Source: a virus. Taken from it: a DNA stretch of 64,000 nt. Where the stretch lies: positions 43,986 through 107,985 of the IMG/VR virus record IMGVR_UViG_3300045391_004889. One strand, given 5' to 3'. The position numbers and the translations under genes were made by a program. Below, piece by piece: positions 20,584 to 29,683 of this stretch. Every line of letters starts with the position of its first letter. The first letter of the stretch is position 1. The notes below the pieces were generated by a model. It saw nothing but the letters and a program-made list of their open reading frames with translations. It ran no database searches and had not been told where the DNA came from.

Positions 20584-21054
20584 GTGGCAACGACGCTCGA
20601 GGTGTTGACCGCGTCGCAGATTGCGATGCTGCTCAACCCACCGATGGTGAACCTGCAGAACACCAGCTTTGTTCTGGCGTCAAGCGGCAGCTACAGCGCC
20701 ATTCCTTGGACCGCACAGTTGTCCAAGAGTGGCAACATCACCTGGTCGTCGGGCACCAATCCATCGCGTATCACGGCTGTAGTTCCCGGCACTTACCTGT
20801 TGACGGGTACAGTCATCTGGCCGGGTGGACTCGCTTCAGGCGACGGTCGTGGCCAAATCCAGGTAAATGGTAGCGCGACGGACATTCGAGTCACCACCAT
20901 GCGAGGAAGTGTCGGCAACAACGGCGCTTCGGTAGCCGGTCTGCAGGTGCTCAACGCGGGTGACTATGTGGAACTCGCTGTCAACCAGTCAGTCGCTTCT
21001 ATGACGCTCATCTGCACGTTCAGCGTAAGCCTCGTCAGCCTCGCCACCTCGTAA
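20584..21054 (+). CDS. tail protein, C1q/TNF-like beta sandwich
   Basis: SRITAVVPGTYLL..LNAGDYVELAVNQ. Confidence 0.6.
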   Translation: MATTLEVLTASQIAMLLNPPMVNLQNTSFVLASSGSYSAIPWTAQLSKSGNITWSSGTNPSRITAVVPGTYLLTGTVIWPGGLASGDGRGQIQVNGSATDIRVTTMRGSVGNNGASVAGLQVLNAGDYVELAVNQSVASMTLICTFSVSLVSLATS

Positions 21055-21066
21055 CCCGGAGACGCG

Positions 21067-23379
21067 ATGCCCACCACTCCACCCTGGTCAGCCGCACAGA
21101 ACGGGCTTCCCACCGAGCTCGACAGCACCGAGCAGGCAGCGCAAGCGGGCCAGGAACTCGGCACCCACAGCATCTCGGTGCTGTATGACGGCACTCGCAT
21201 CTTGACGCCGAGTGGTGGCACCCAGCTGGACTACTACACGCCCGGCAACGTCACCGACATCAGTCAGCCATTCGTGTTGTCGGGCACCAACGTCGGTCGA
21301 GTGGTTCTGCCGATCAGCTACAGCGGTGAGGCGGCTGACCTGCACGTCACGCTGTGCCCGGACAGCGGTGGGGTGCCGCTGACCACAAATCCGATCGTCA
21401 GCGTCAACGTTCCGGCCATCGTAATTCGTAATCTCATTGCGCACCAGGGTCTCGAGAACGCCGTCGTGCCGACGCAAACTGCCACGTTCAACACGCAGTA
21501 TTGCACCAACAGCATTACCACGTTCAACTGGGCGAGTCCGTTGGGTGACGCGAATGGCGTTGCCAACAACGCAGCCGTCGTCGTGGACGGCAACTACTTC
21601 ATCTTCCTGGGCGGGTTCACCACGGTCAACGTCGCTACCGTGGCCACAGCTGAGTTTCAGGGTGGGGACGTTCTGGCTCAGCCGGTGGCGCAACCACCGC
21701 TCCCGAGTCCCGGCTACTACGTCGCGTGTGCCACGACGACCAACTCAATCGTCGCGTGTGGTGGTTACAACGGCACGAGTCCGAGTTCCGCGGTGTTCAC
21801 CGCCAGCTGGGACGTCAACACCGGTGCCATCGGCGCCTGGTCCGGCCAGGCATCCATGCCCAACACGCGGTGGGGCGCGGGCGTCACCAGCTTCAACGAC
21901 ACCGTCTACATCGTAGGTGGCACGTTCACCGGGGCGTCCGCGTCCAACTCGTTCATCTACGCGAACGTGGACAACGGGCAGATCAGCAGCTGGATCAACG
22001 GACCCGATCTGCCACAAGCTACCATGTCACCGATGCTGACGGTGTGTGCCGGCTGGTTGTTCTGCGTTGGCGGATGCACCATCGCAGCTTCGCCATTCAC
22101 CAACGTGTGGATGGCGAAGCTGCAGGATGACGGCACCATCAGCGGGTGGGTTCCAGGCCCCAGCCTGCAGACGGCAGTGTACTCGTACGCGCCGGGCTGG
22201 GACATCACCACCACCGACGACACCATCGTCATCATGGGCGGCTTCACCGGCGCGAGCAGCACCACCGACGCGGTGCAGGTTCTGCCCGTCACTGAGAACA
22301 CGGTGGGTACCTGGCGACAGTTCAGGTGGAATCCATCCAACGTGGAAACTGTGGGTGCGTTTGACAACGGCAACGGCACCTGGCAGCTCATCAACCCGGT
22401 CACCGCTGGGCAGATCTACCGTGCATCCACTCTGTCGTACACCGGGTTGCTGTCGGTGCCACTCGCAGCCGCCGGGTTGACCAACGGGGCGACGTACCAC
22501 GTCGTGATGCAGCAGCACCAGTCACAGACCGGCAGCGACTACCTGAGCGTCAACGTGTTGGACGACACGCCGCTGCCACTTCCTGCCCTGGGGCGATCCA
22601 GGCACGTGGGTAACTGGGGCAACCTCATCGGTACCGGGTGGTCGGTGCCGATCTCCGTGTACAACCAAGACGTGAGCGCGAGTGGTGACATCCGTCACAC
22701 GCTCGAGGATCTGAGCTCGACGGGTAGCGTGGTCAGCAGCAACATCGCCGGTGCGTTCTCCACTCACATCTGGGACTACCAGCATCACTTGATCGGGCGT
22801 GTCAGCTCCGTCGCTCAGCTCAACATCGCGCTCAACGCCAACCCCACGTTCACCAGTGGGGTCAGCTCGTGGACACCCACGAACTGCACCTTCGTGCAGT
22901 CCAACGCTCAGACACACGGTGGCTTCTCGTTCTCGGGACTCATGACCCCGAGCGGCAGCGGCAATGCCTTTGTCACGTCAGAGCAGATCATGCTTCCGGT
23001 CAGCAGCAACCAGGTGCTGGCCGGTGTGCGGTGGTTCACCGCCAACGGGTGGTTCTACTCACCCACCGGGTTCGGCACCCTGCTCGTGGGTGTCAACTGG
23101 TACGACAGCGGCGGCAACCTCATCTCAGGCAGCTCCACGACGAGCTCCATCGCTGCCAACACGTGGTCAAACTACGTGACGTTCTCTCTCGCGCCCAACA
23201 GCGCCTCCTTCGCTGCCATCTTCATCACCGAGGTGGCACCGGCGCCCAGCAACACGTTGTATCTGTCCAACGTGACGTTCACCCTCTCCACTGAGACCGT
23301 CGACTCCTTCGCCAGTGTCATCACGGTCGACTATGACCCGAACACCGGACTGCCAAACGGTACCACGGAGCTGACCTAG
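21067..23379 (+). CDS. tail protein with Kelch-like propeller and carbohydrate-binding module
   Basis: Repeated (I/V)xxGG..W..GP.LP motifs; NANPTF..GVSSW CBM4/9-like segment. Confidence 0.7.
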   Translation: MPTTPPWSAAQNGLPTELDSTEQAAQAGQELGTHSISVLYDGTRILTPSGGTQLDYYTPGNVTDISQPFVLSGTNVGRVVLPISYSGEAADLHVTLCPDSGGVPLTTNPIVSVNVPAIVIRNLIAHQGLENAVVPTQTATFNTQYCTNSITTFNWASPLGDANGVANNAAVVVDGNYFIFLGGFTTVNVATVATAEFQGGDVLAQPVAQPPLPSPGYYVACATTTNSIVACGGYNGTSPSSAVFTASWDVNTGAIGAWSGQASMPNTRWGAGVTSFNDTVYIVGGTFTGASASNSFIYANVDNGQISSWINGPDLPQATMSPMLTVCAGWLFCVGGCTIAASPFTNVWMAKLQDDGTISGWVPGPSLQTAVYSYAPGWDITTTDDTIVIMGGFTGASSTTDAVQVLPVTENTVGTWRQFRWNPSNVETVGAFDNGNGTWQLINPVTAGQIYRASTLSYTGLLSVPLAAAGLTNGATYHVVMQQHQSQTGSDYLSVNVLDDTPLPLPALGRSRHVGNWGNLIGTGWSVPISVYNQDVSASGDIRHTLEDLSSTGSVVSSNIAGAFSTHIWDYQHHLIGRVSSVAQLNIALNANPTFTSGVSSWTPTNCTFVQSNAQTHGGFSFSGLMTPSGSGNAFVTSEQIMLPVSSNQVLAGVRWFTANGWFYSPTGFGTLLVGVNWYDSGGNLISGSSTTSSIAANTWSNYVTFSLAPNSASFAAIFITEVAPAPSNTLYLSNVTFTLSTETVDSFASVITVDYDPNTGLPNGTTELT

Positions 23380-23403
23380 GTCACAGGATGAACGGACGAC
23401 GAC

Positions 23404-23760
23404 GTGAATCAGCAGCCACAGCCTTATGACGAGAGCGGGGTCCACACCTCCGTCAGCTACAGCGTCAAGGAGCTCTTCGAGGAGATCAAGACGTCCCTCG
23501 ACAAGCTGGACACCAAGCTGAGCAGCAAGGCCAGCCGGGACGAGCTCCAGGCGCTGGCCAGCGAGCTGCAGCACGAGGTCAACGAGCTGAACAACCGACT
23601 CGCTTCTCAGCGTGGTCGTATTGACCGGCTGGAGGCAGCCAAGGAGCTGGCGGAGAAGACGACCAACGCGGTGTCAGAGTGGAAGAAGTGGTTTCTGCCG
23701 ACGCTGCTGACCATCGCACTGGTGGTTATCGCCATCCTGCAGCTCATGAAGACGAAGTGA
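23404..23760 (+). CDS. coiled-coil membrane protein (lysis module)
   Basis: Coiled coil plus a C-terminal TM helix, upstream of endolysin. Confidence 0.6.
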   Translation: MNQQPQPYDESGVHTSVSYSVKELFEEIKTSLDKLDTKLSSKASRDELQALASELQHEVNELNNRLASQRGRIDRLEAAKELAEKTTNAVSEWKKWFLPTLLTIALVVIAILQLMKTK

Positions 23761-23966
23761 CCGGGCTCGCCCACGTCTGGGCTCAGGTCTGGCCGAACCT
23801 GCTCAGCAGCGTGATCACCTTCGCTGTCGGTTCGGTCTGGCACCTGGTGCTCGTGCGTCGAACCCTCAGGCATCATCAGAACGTCATAGAACAGCGTCTC
23901 ACTGCACAACAGCGGGCGCTGGGACTGACAGACCTGGAGGACGAGAATGACGGTCAGCGGGATTGA
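23757..23966 (+). CDS. small membrane protein, putative holin
   Basis: GTGA overlap; one TM segment; adjacent to endolysin. Confidence 0.5.
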   Translation: MTGLAHVWAQVWPNLLSSVITFAVGSVWHLVLVRRTLRHHQNVIEQRLTAQQRALGLTDLEDENDGQRD

Positions 23967-24786
23967 CGTCGCCTCCTATCAGGGGACGACCTACAACACC
24001 ACCGGGTTGAGCTTCGTGCTCGCCAAAGCCACCGAAGGCACGGGTTACGTCAACCCGAACCACGCCGGCCAGGTGCTCACCGCTCGCTCGCGTGAGCTGG
24101 TGGTTGGCCACTACCACTTCGTGCGACCGGGAAGCATGACCGCGCAGGTGGACTACTTCCTGGCTCACACCGCTCCTCACGCCGGGGACCTGCTGGCTCT
24201 CGACTGGGAAGACACGGGAGTCTCAGGTGCCGACAAGGACGCCTTCCTGAGGTACCTGGAGACCAAGACACCTCACAACCGAGTGATCCTCTACTGCAAC
24301 CGTGACTTCTGGCTCAACCGAGACCACACGTCATACTGCGCGGAGGGTCTGTGGATCGCCGACCCGAACTCCGCGGCCGGTCACCCGAACATCCAGCACT
24401 CGTGGACGATCCACCAGTACAGCGAGACCGGCGGCATCGACCACAACGTGGCGAACTTCGGCAGCACCGACGCGATGAGGTCCTGGGCGGCGAAGGGCGT
24501 GATCGCCCCGCCACCGCACCCGCATCCGACGGCCAGCTACGTGCCGTTCCCGGGTTCCGCCTGGTTCCACCTCGGTCGCAAGGACCCGATCGTCCAGGAG
24601 ATGCACAAGCGCCTCGTGGCCGAGGGCTGCAACCACTACCAGTCCAGCAGGAACCAGGACGTCATCGGCAGCGGTGACGTCGCGAGCTACGAGGCCTGGC
24701 AGCGGAAGTGTGGCTATCACGGGAAGGCTGCCACCTGGCCACCCGGCAAGACCACCTGGGACAAGCTGAAGGTTCCCCGTTCCTGA
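23947..24786 (+). CDS. endolysin, GH25 muramidase plus peptidoglycan-binding domain
   Basis: GIDVASYQ, KATEG, GHYHF, LDWE motifs; Streptomyces-type C-terminal domain. Confidence 0.9.
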   Translation: MTVSGIDVASYQGTTYNTTGLSFVLAKATEGTGYVNPNHAGQVLTARSRELVVGHYHFVRPGSMTAQVDYFLAHTAPHAGDLLALDWEDTGVSGADKDAFLRYLETKTPHNRVILYCNRDFWLNRDHTSYCAEGLWIADPNSAAGHPNIQHSWTIHQYSETGGIDHNVANFGSTDAMRSWAAKGVIAPPPHPHPTASYVPFPGSAWFHLGRKDPIVQEMHKRLVAEGCNHYQSSRNQDVIGSGDVASYEAWQRKCGYHGKAATWPPGKTTWDKLKVPRS

Positions 24787-24790
24787 GCAT

Positions 24791-24830
24791 CGAGAGACGC
24801 CCACCGGCAGACGCTGGTGGGCGTCTCTCG
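24791..24830. terminator. bidirectional terminator between convergent arms
   Basis: CGAGAGACGCCCACC...GGTGGGCGTCTCTCG. Confidence 0.75.
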
Positions 24831-24855
24831 TGCGTTCAGGACCTTCACCAGGCGA

Positions 24856-25080
24856 CTACGCGATGCGGAGCTCGACGTGCACGCTCTCCACGGGCACGTC
24901 GAGCAGACAGGCGACGCAGTCGTTGGCCATCATCTGAGCCTCACGCCAGGTCCTACCCTGGGTGAACCCCGCGAGGTTGGGAGGCAACCCCTCGATGGTG
25001 ACCGCCCACATGTCGCCGTCGTGACGTGCCCGAGCCTTGTAGCTGTGAGCGGCGGTGCCACCCTCGACCGTCTCACTCAT
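24856..25080 (-). CDS. HicB-like protein (no DNA-binding domain)
   Basis: WAVTIEGLP...FTQGRTWREAQMMANDCV. Confidence 0.7.
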   Translation of the reverse strand: MSETVEGGTAAHSYKARARHDGDMWAVTIEGLPPNLAGFTQGRTWREAQMMANDCVACLLDVPVESVHVELRIA

Positions 25081-25681
25081 CGACGGTCACCTTCTTCATC
25101 ACCACGGTTGCAGCCACGGTGTGCGTCGGGTCGGTGCCGGCCATCGGAGAGTTACCCACAGTGATCTTGGGCACGTACGGCGGGGGTGTCGTGATCTTCG
25201 GGAAGTACGACGGGTGGAAGGCGCCGGTGTCCACCTTCACGGGGTTGATCAGCCGCACCTGGGTGAGCGCGGGGAAGAGAACGGTCTCCGCCACCGGGTC
25301 CTGCTGACGGATCACGGGAACCGGCTGCGTCGCCACGTCCACCGGGTCGTCCTGATCCCGTTCCGGGAAGATGAAGTCGATGCGGTGCTTGTTCGCGTCG
25401 TTGGCCTCGACGGCCACCTGCAGCTTACGGTCCAGCTCGTCCGCGCGGTCGATCGCGTTCCACGCGGCGGTCTGCGCGCTCTCCAGTTCCGCGTGGAGCT
25501 GCTCGATCAGGCGAGCCTGCTCCACGTTCATGTTCCTGGAGTTGGCGAGGTCTCGCTCCAGGGCAGCCATGCGATCCCAAACCCGGCGCTTGCCGGTCTG
25601 CGGTCGCACTCGGCTGATGAGGCGCAACCTCCAGTTGCGCTGCGGCTTGGCCGCCGCGATGGGCACGAGCTCGGTAGTCAT
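25073..25681 (-). CDS. hypothetical coiled-coil protein
   Basis: ORF within the leftward operon. Confidence 0.6.
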   Translation of the reverse strand: MTTELVPIAAAKPQRNWRLRLISRVRPQTGKRRVWDRMAALERDLANSRNMNVEQARLIEQLHAELESAQTAAWNAIDRADELDRKLQVAVEANDANKHRIDFIFPERDQDDPVDVATQPVPVIRQQDPVAETVLFPALTQVRLINPVKVDTGAFHPSYFPKITTPPPYVPKITVGNSPMAGTDPTHTVAATVVMKKVTVDE

Positions 25682-25723
25682 CTCAAGGTCCTGTTCTTCT
25701 CAAGCGCATCGTGAAACACGTGG

Positions 25724-26080
25724 TCAACTTGCCAGGCGGGGAGCGCGACGAAGGTCACGCTTGTGGTGGCAGTTCAAGCAGAGGTAAACCGCACCTACGG
25801 AGCTTTCACAGAACGCTTCCGTGGAGCCGCAGTCCTCGCATCGCTTGTGCCACCTGCTGGCGAACTCGGTGGTGTAGCACTCACCGCAGACGAGGCACTC
25901 ACTACCGATAACCTGAGAGACGTTGAACGTCGCCTCGTGGTCGCGGCCGCAGTGACTGCATCGCTTGTGGCACCCGCAGCCGCACCCGGTCTCAGGGCAA
26001 CCGGCGTGCGAGTGGATCGCACACGCGCGACTGAGGTGTAACGGCAGCAGGTGAGCGTCCACCGGCTCTACCCCCTTCAT
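25724..26080 (-). CDS. Cys/His-rich zinc-binding protein
   Basis: Multiple CxxC; own promoter at ~26136. Confidence 0.55.
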   Translation of the reverse strand: MKGVEPVDAHLLPLHLSRACAIHSHAGCPETGCGCGCHKRCSHCGRDHEATFNVSQVIGSECLVCGECYTTEFASRWHKRCEDCGSTEAFCESSVGAVYLCLNCHHKRDLRRAPRLAS

Positions 26081-26176
26081 TCCTGGCTCTTCCTGGTCGT
26101 GGGACCAGCGTATCAGGGAGGAGGTCAGATGTAAACAAGTTGACGAAAAGTGGTTCCCGAACTTGGAAGCCCGAGG

Positions 26177-26458
26177 TCACCCGCTCACTGGTCGGCGCCC
26201 GCCCGTGCTAGGGACATACCCTTCGAACCAGTCGAGAACCTCAGGGATGCTGAGAAGCATCTTCGACCTGCCCTTGACGTTCACCTCGTGCTTCTCTGGG
26301 AACCCATTTCGGTTCCGACGAACCCACCACATGTGGACCTGCTGTCGGCGATAGCCGTCGGGACGCCACTCCCGGTAGATCTCGCTCATGACGCGGGCCA
26401 CCACGGAGTAGCCACCGAACTCGGGCGTGTTTGGCGGCAACGGATGCTTGGTCGTCAC
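26177..26458 (-). CDS. putative DNA-binding (AlpA/excisionase-like) protein
   Basis: RQQVHMWW.RR..NGFPE..LLSIPEVLDWF. Confidence 0.5.
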   Translation of the reverse strand: MTTKHPLPPNTPEFGGYSVVARVMSEIYREWRPDGYRRQQVHMWWVRRNRNGFPEKHEVNVKGRSKMLLSIPEVLDWFEGYVPSTGGRRPVSG

Positions 26459-26553
26459 GTTGTCTTCTCCCCTGCTGTGATGGTGCGAGTGTGGTGACAC
26501 GGCCGATGGCACGTGCCCTGGTGGGCACGTGCCATCGGTGGGTGCGAGCCGGC

Positions 26554-27528
26554 TCAGACCAGAGCCTGGATGCCGGCGACCAGCTTGTTCTGCAGCTTGT
26601 CGCCCTCGCCGTGCATGATGGACTCGAAGCGGGCGTTGGGCGTCCGCTGCGTCTTCAGGTGGTCCATGTACTCGGTGAAGGCGTTGTACACACCGTAGCC
26701 GGTGCCGCGGAAGGGCTCCACCGTCTCGGACGTCTGGTAGTTCGTGATGATGTCGGCGATCATGTCGTCCCGACGGGCGCGGCGCTCGGGGATGATCGAG
26801 TTCAGCATCAGCTTGACGCGGTCGTCGCTGACCTTGATGTCGGCCAGCTGCTCGGCCAGCTTCTGGAACTCAGCCTCGTAGTTGACCGAGAGCTGCAGGG
26901 CGTTCCGAGCCTCGTCCACGCGGGCCTTGACCGTGGTGGTGTGAGGGATGGACCAGGAGCTCTTGGCCGAGGCGATGGCGGCACCGTTCTGGTTGGCGCA
27001 CCACAGCCGGAACGGGATGATCCGAGCGCTGATGCTGGTGCCGTCACCGTGGCTGGTGCGGATGTACAGGTAGGTCTCGTAGCTGTCGCCGCCGAGGACC
27101 TCGAAGCCCTCGCCGAGCTTCATGACCATGAAGACCCGAGCGCCGCCGTTCTGCTGGCCGGCGACCACCCACTTGCCGGTGCCCTCCTGGACGAGCTCGT
27201 CACCGAAGGCGAAGGCGTCGTGGTTGCTGAAGACCTCGTAGCGGTTGCGAACGGTGCCGAGCTGAGCGCCGGTGTCGGTGCGGAAGACCTCACGCGACTT
27301 CGTGGACTGCTCGAACTGGTCCTCGCCGACGCGGCGCCACAGCGGGCGGGCTTCCACGCCCCAGTCGAGGCCGGCGGCCTGCAGCATGTCGGCGCTGCCG
27401 AGACCCTGCGGGGCCTCCACGTTGCCGACCATGTTGGTCTGGACCAGGGACTGCCAGGCGGGCACCCGCTTGACCTCGGTGGTCTCGTCGGTCGTCGTGT
27501 CGGTGGTCTCGATCGTGGCCACGGTCAT
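26554..27528 (-). CDS. DUF932/DUF945-family phage/plasmid protein
   Basis: AGLDW.V, RTDTG..LG.V...Y, TSHGDG, RLWCANQ, YNAFTEY.DH. Confidence 0.8.
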   Translation of the reverse strand: MTVATIETTDTTTDETTEVKRVPAWQSLVQTNMVGNVEAPQGLGSADMLQAAGLDWGVEARPLWRRVGEDQFEQSTKSREVFRTDTGAQLGTVRNRYEVFSNHDAFAFGDELVQEGTGKWVVAGQQNGGARVFMVMKLGEGFEVLGGDSYETYLYIRTSHGDGTSISARIIPFRLWCANQNGAAIASAKSSWSIPHTTTVKARVDEARNALQLSVNYEAEFQKLAEQLADIKVSDDRVKLMLNSIIPERRARRDDMIADIITNYQTSETVEPFRGTGYGVYNAFTEYMDHLKTQRTPNARFESIMHGEGDKLQNKLVAGIQALV

Positions 27529-27614
27529 CTGGATCACTCCGTTCATTCGTTCCTGATTGGCTGCTGAGACCAATGTATCACATCGTTGTGACAATGTAAA
27601 CAGCCTGGGTGAGT

Positions 27615-27689
27615 TGGCTCCCCGCCGAGGATTCGAACCTCGAACGTCACGTCCAGAGCGTGGTGTGTTGCCAGTTACACCAACGGGGA
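27615..27689 (-). tRNA. tRNA-Gln(CTG)
   Basis: Cloverleaf, anticodon loop CTCTGGA, encoded CCA. Confidence 0.9.
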
Positions 27690-27693
27690 ACGA

Positions 27694-27766
27694 GGGTGAC
27701 CGGTGGGACTTGAACCCACAACGACCGCGACCACAACGCGACGCTCTACCATTGAGCTACGGCCAC
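27694..27766 (-). tRNA. tRNA-His(GTG)
   Basis: Loop TTGTGGT, T-arm GGTTCAAGTCC. Confidence 0.9.
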
Positions 27767-27767
27767 A

Positions 27768-27841
27768 GCTCCCTCACCAGGGCTCGAACCTGGGACACCC
27801 GGATTAACAATCCGGTGCTCTGCCGACTGAGCTATAAGGGA
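27768..27841 (-). tRNA. tRNA-Asn(GTT)
   Basis: CCGGA-TTGTTAA-TCCGG. Confidence 0.9.
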
Positions 27842-27842
27842 C

Positions 27843-27918
27843 TGGCATGCCCGGCAGGACTCGAACCTGCGACCAGTCGCTTTGGAGACGACCGCTCTGG
27901 CCACTGAGCTACGGACAC
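27843..27918 (-). tRNA. tRNA-Trp(CCA)
   Basis: Loop CTCCAAA, encoded CCA. Confidence 0.9.
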
Positions 27919-27920
27919 AC

Positions 27921-28006
27921 GGCGGAAGAGACAGGATTCGAACCTGCGTGGGTGTTACCCCGCGTCATTAGCAGTGACGTGCCATCAGCCTCTCGGCCAC
28001 TCTTCC
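27921..28006 (-). tRNA. tRNA-Ser(GCT)
   Basis: Loop CTGCTAA, long variable arm. Confidence 0.9.
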
Positions 28007-28009
28007 AGG

Positions 28010-28106
28010 CAACCAGGTGATCAAGCTTCCCACGCAGGGGACGACTCCATCTGTAAGAAGTGGCTGCCACACCACCCCGATGTACGTCGCCCGATCAACC
28101 TGGCCG
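28010..28106 (-). ncRNA. unidentified structured RNA between two tRNA-Ser genes
   Basis: Terminal stem CGGCCAGG-U-UGAUC / GAUCA-CCUGGUUG plus internal helices; no T-arm. Confidence 0.5.
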
Positions 28107-28107
28107 A

Positions 28108-28193
28108 GCAGAGGGTGTAGGATTCGAACCCACGGAGCTGTCACACTCTACGGTTTTCAAGACCGCCGCCTTAGGCCACTCGGCCAACCCTCC
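28108..28193 (-). tRNA. tRNA-Ser(TGA)
   Basis: Loop CTTGAAA, long variable arm. Confidence 0.9.
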
Positions 28194-28269
28194 GTACCAC
28201 GCCCCGGATTCGAACCGGGAACATCCTGTTCCTGAGACAGGCGCCTCTACCAAGTTGGGCCAGCGCGGC
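28194..28269 (-). tRNA. tRNA-Leu(CAG), short variable loop
   Basis: CCTGT-CTCAGGA-ACAGG. Confidence 0.85.
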
Positions 28270-28284
28270 TTGTTCAGTTGTAGC

Positions 28285-28356
28285 GTGGTGCACCCAGGAT
28301 TTGAACCTGGACGGGAGTGGTTTACAGCCACGCCGACTCAACCAGCGCTGTGCACC
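28285..28356 (-). tRNA. tRNA-Tyr(GTA), atypical D-arm
   Basis: Loop CTGTAAA, good acceptor and T arms, weak D-arm, no long variable arm. Confidence 0.7.
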
Positions 28357-28360
28357 CTAG

Positions 28361-28434
28361 TGGCGGGAGCGGGATTCGAACCCGCGACCTCAGGGTTATG
28401 AGCCCCACGCGCTACCGAGCTGCGCCATCCCGCT
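28361..28434 (-). tRNA. tRNA-Met(CAT), initiator type
   Basis: A1:C72 mismatch, three G-C pairs in the anticodon stem. Confidence 0.85.
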
Positions 28435-28451
28435 ACGGTCTTACTTGTTTA

Positions 28452-28496
28452 CCTTACCCTGGATCGCCGACGAGTGCCAGCGATCCAGGGTGAGGG
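28452..28496 (-). terminator. hairpin between lipoprotein gene and tRNA cluster
   Basis: CCTTACCCTGGATCGC...GCGATCCAGGGTGAGG. Confidence 0.6.
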
Positions 28497-28498
28497 TG

Positions 28499-29086
28499 CT
28501 ACTTCTTGCCCTCGCTGAAGTCGAACGAGGGCTTGCCGACGAGGCTGACCTGGTGGGTGGTCTTGTCCCACACCGCGTTGCCGAACACGGTCTGGACGAA
28601 GCCCTCCCAGTAGTTCGCGTACGCGTTGCCCTGGGCGTCCACGCAGATCACGTAGGTGCCGTCCGAGTCACCGGTGTAGATGCCGGTCGGGTCCATCTGC
28701 TCGGTCGTGAGCACCGAACCGCTGCTCTTGTAGTTGTCGTGCACCACCTGGCTCGGGTTCGTGAGCTGGGCGGTGTGCGCGATCGGCGCGCCGATGGACG
28801 GGCAGGTCATGATCGGGTCCTGCACGCCCTGGTTGAAGAAGAACGAGGTGGTCTGGACGCCGTTTGCCTCCGCCGTCTCGACCTCCTTCAGGTTCTGCCG
28901 CACCTGGGAGTAGTTGAACCCCGGCACCGGCTGGTTCTGCACCAGTGACGTGGTGTCCTTGGCCTGCTGCTGGTTCTCCAGCTTCTGGCCGGTGGACTGC
29001 GGGTGCTTGCTACCGTTGCAGCCGCTGACCGTGAGAGCGGTGACCGCCACGAGAGCGGTGCCGCTGAGGATGAGCTTCCTGTTCAC
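28499..29086 (-). CDS. lipoprotein
   Basis: Signal peptide with lipobox LTVSGC; GTGA coupling. Confidence 0.75.
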   Translation of the reverse strand: MNRKLILSGTALVAVTALTVSGCNGSKHPQSTGQKLENQQQAKDTTSLVQNQPVPGFNYSQVRQNLKEVETAEANGVQTTSFFFNQGVQDPIMTCPSIGAPIAHTAQLTNPSQVVHDNYKSSGSVLTTEQMDPTGIYTGDSDGTYVICVDAQGNAYANYWEGFVQTVFGNAVWDKTTHQVSLVGKPSFDFSEGKK

Positions 29087-29478
29087 TTCGCACTTCCCAT
29101 CACGCAGTTCTGGTTGACCCACTGCAGCTGGTCGAACGGCAGCTGATCGCCGGTGACCTGCTCAGCGTCCTGACACACGAGGTTGGCGACGGCCTTGCGC
29201 TGCGCCACCAGCTGTGTCTTGTTGACCGGGTTGGACACGATCTGGCTGTCCAGATCGGTCACCGTACCCAGCTTCTTGGTGATCTCGTCCCGCAGCGTCT
29301 GCTGGTTGCCGTAGCTGCTGCGGTTGATGTGGTTCTGACGGTTCGTGTTGTGCTGCTTGAACCACCAGCCGGCCTGCCAGCCGCCCAGAATGAGCGCGGC
29401 GAGCATCGGAAGACCGACCACGCAGACGATCATCACCTTCGCCCAGAAGAACCGGCTCGGCTCCACGGGTGCAGACAT
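29083..29478 (-). CDS. membrane-anchored protein
   Basis: GGAAGG RBS; N-terminal TM helix. Confidence 0.7.
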   Translation of the reverse strand: MSAPVEPSRFFWAKVMIVCVVGLPMLAALILGGWQAGWWFKQHNTNRQNHINRSSYGNQQTLRDEITKKLGTVTDLDSQIVSNPVNKTQLVAQRKAVANLVCQDAEQVTGDQLPFDQLQWVNQNCVMGSAK

Positions 29479-29518
29479 TCTCTTCCTTCCGTCGCTTCCT
29501 TGATGACGTGGTACTGCG

Positions 29519-29591
29519 TCGAGATGGTGGGACTCGAACCCACGATCCCCTGCTCCCAAAGCAGGTGCCCTCGCCACTAGGCTACATCTCG
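29519..29591 (-). tRNA. tRNA-Pro(TGG)
   Basis: CCTGC-TTTGGGA-GCAGG. Confidence 0.9.
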
Positions 29592-29683
29592 TTGGTCTTG
29601 CGCTTGCTGCTGTAAACACAATACCAGACGACAGGCGGGTTGTCCTCCCTTTCGCCCCCTGCGCGAGAGGGAGGACAAGTCCA

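Noticed and set aside
28010-28106. Hammerhead, SRP or canonical Y RNA identity for the inter-tRNA element
   Set aside because: There is no CUGAUGA/GAAA core, no SRP GGAA loop and no GGUCCGA Ro site; left unassigned.
28108-28193. Selenocysteine or opal-suppressor tRNA
   Set aside because: The anticodon is TGA (reads UCA, Ser), not TCA.
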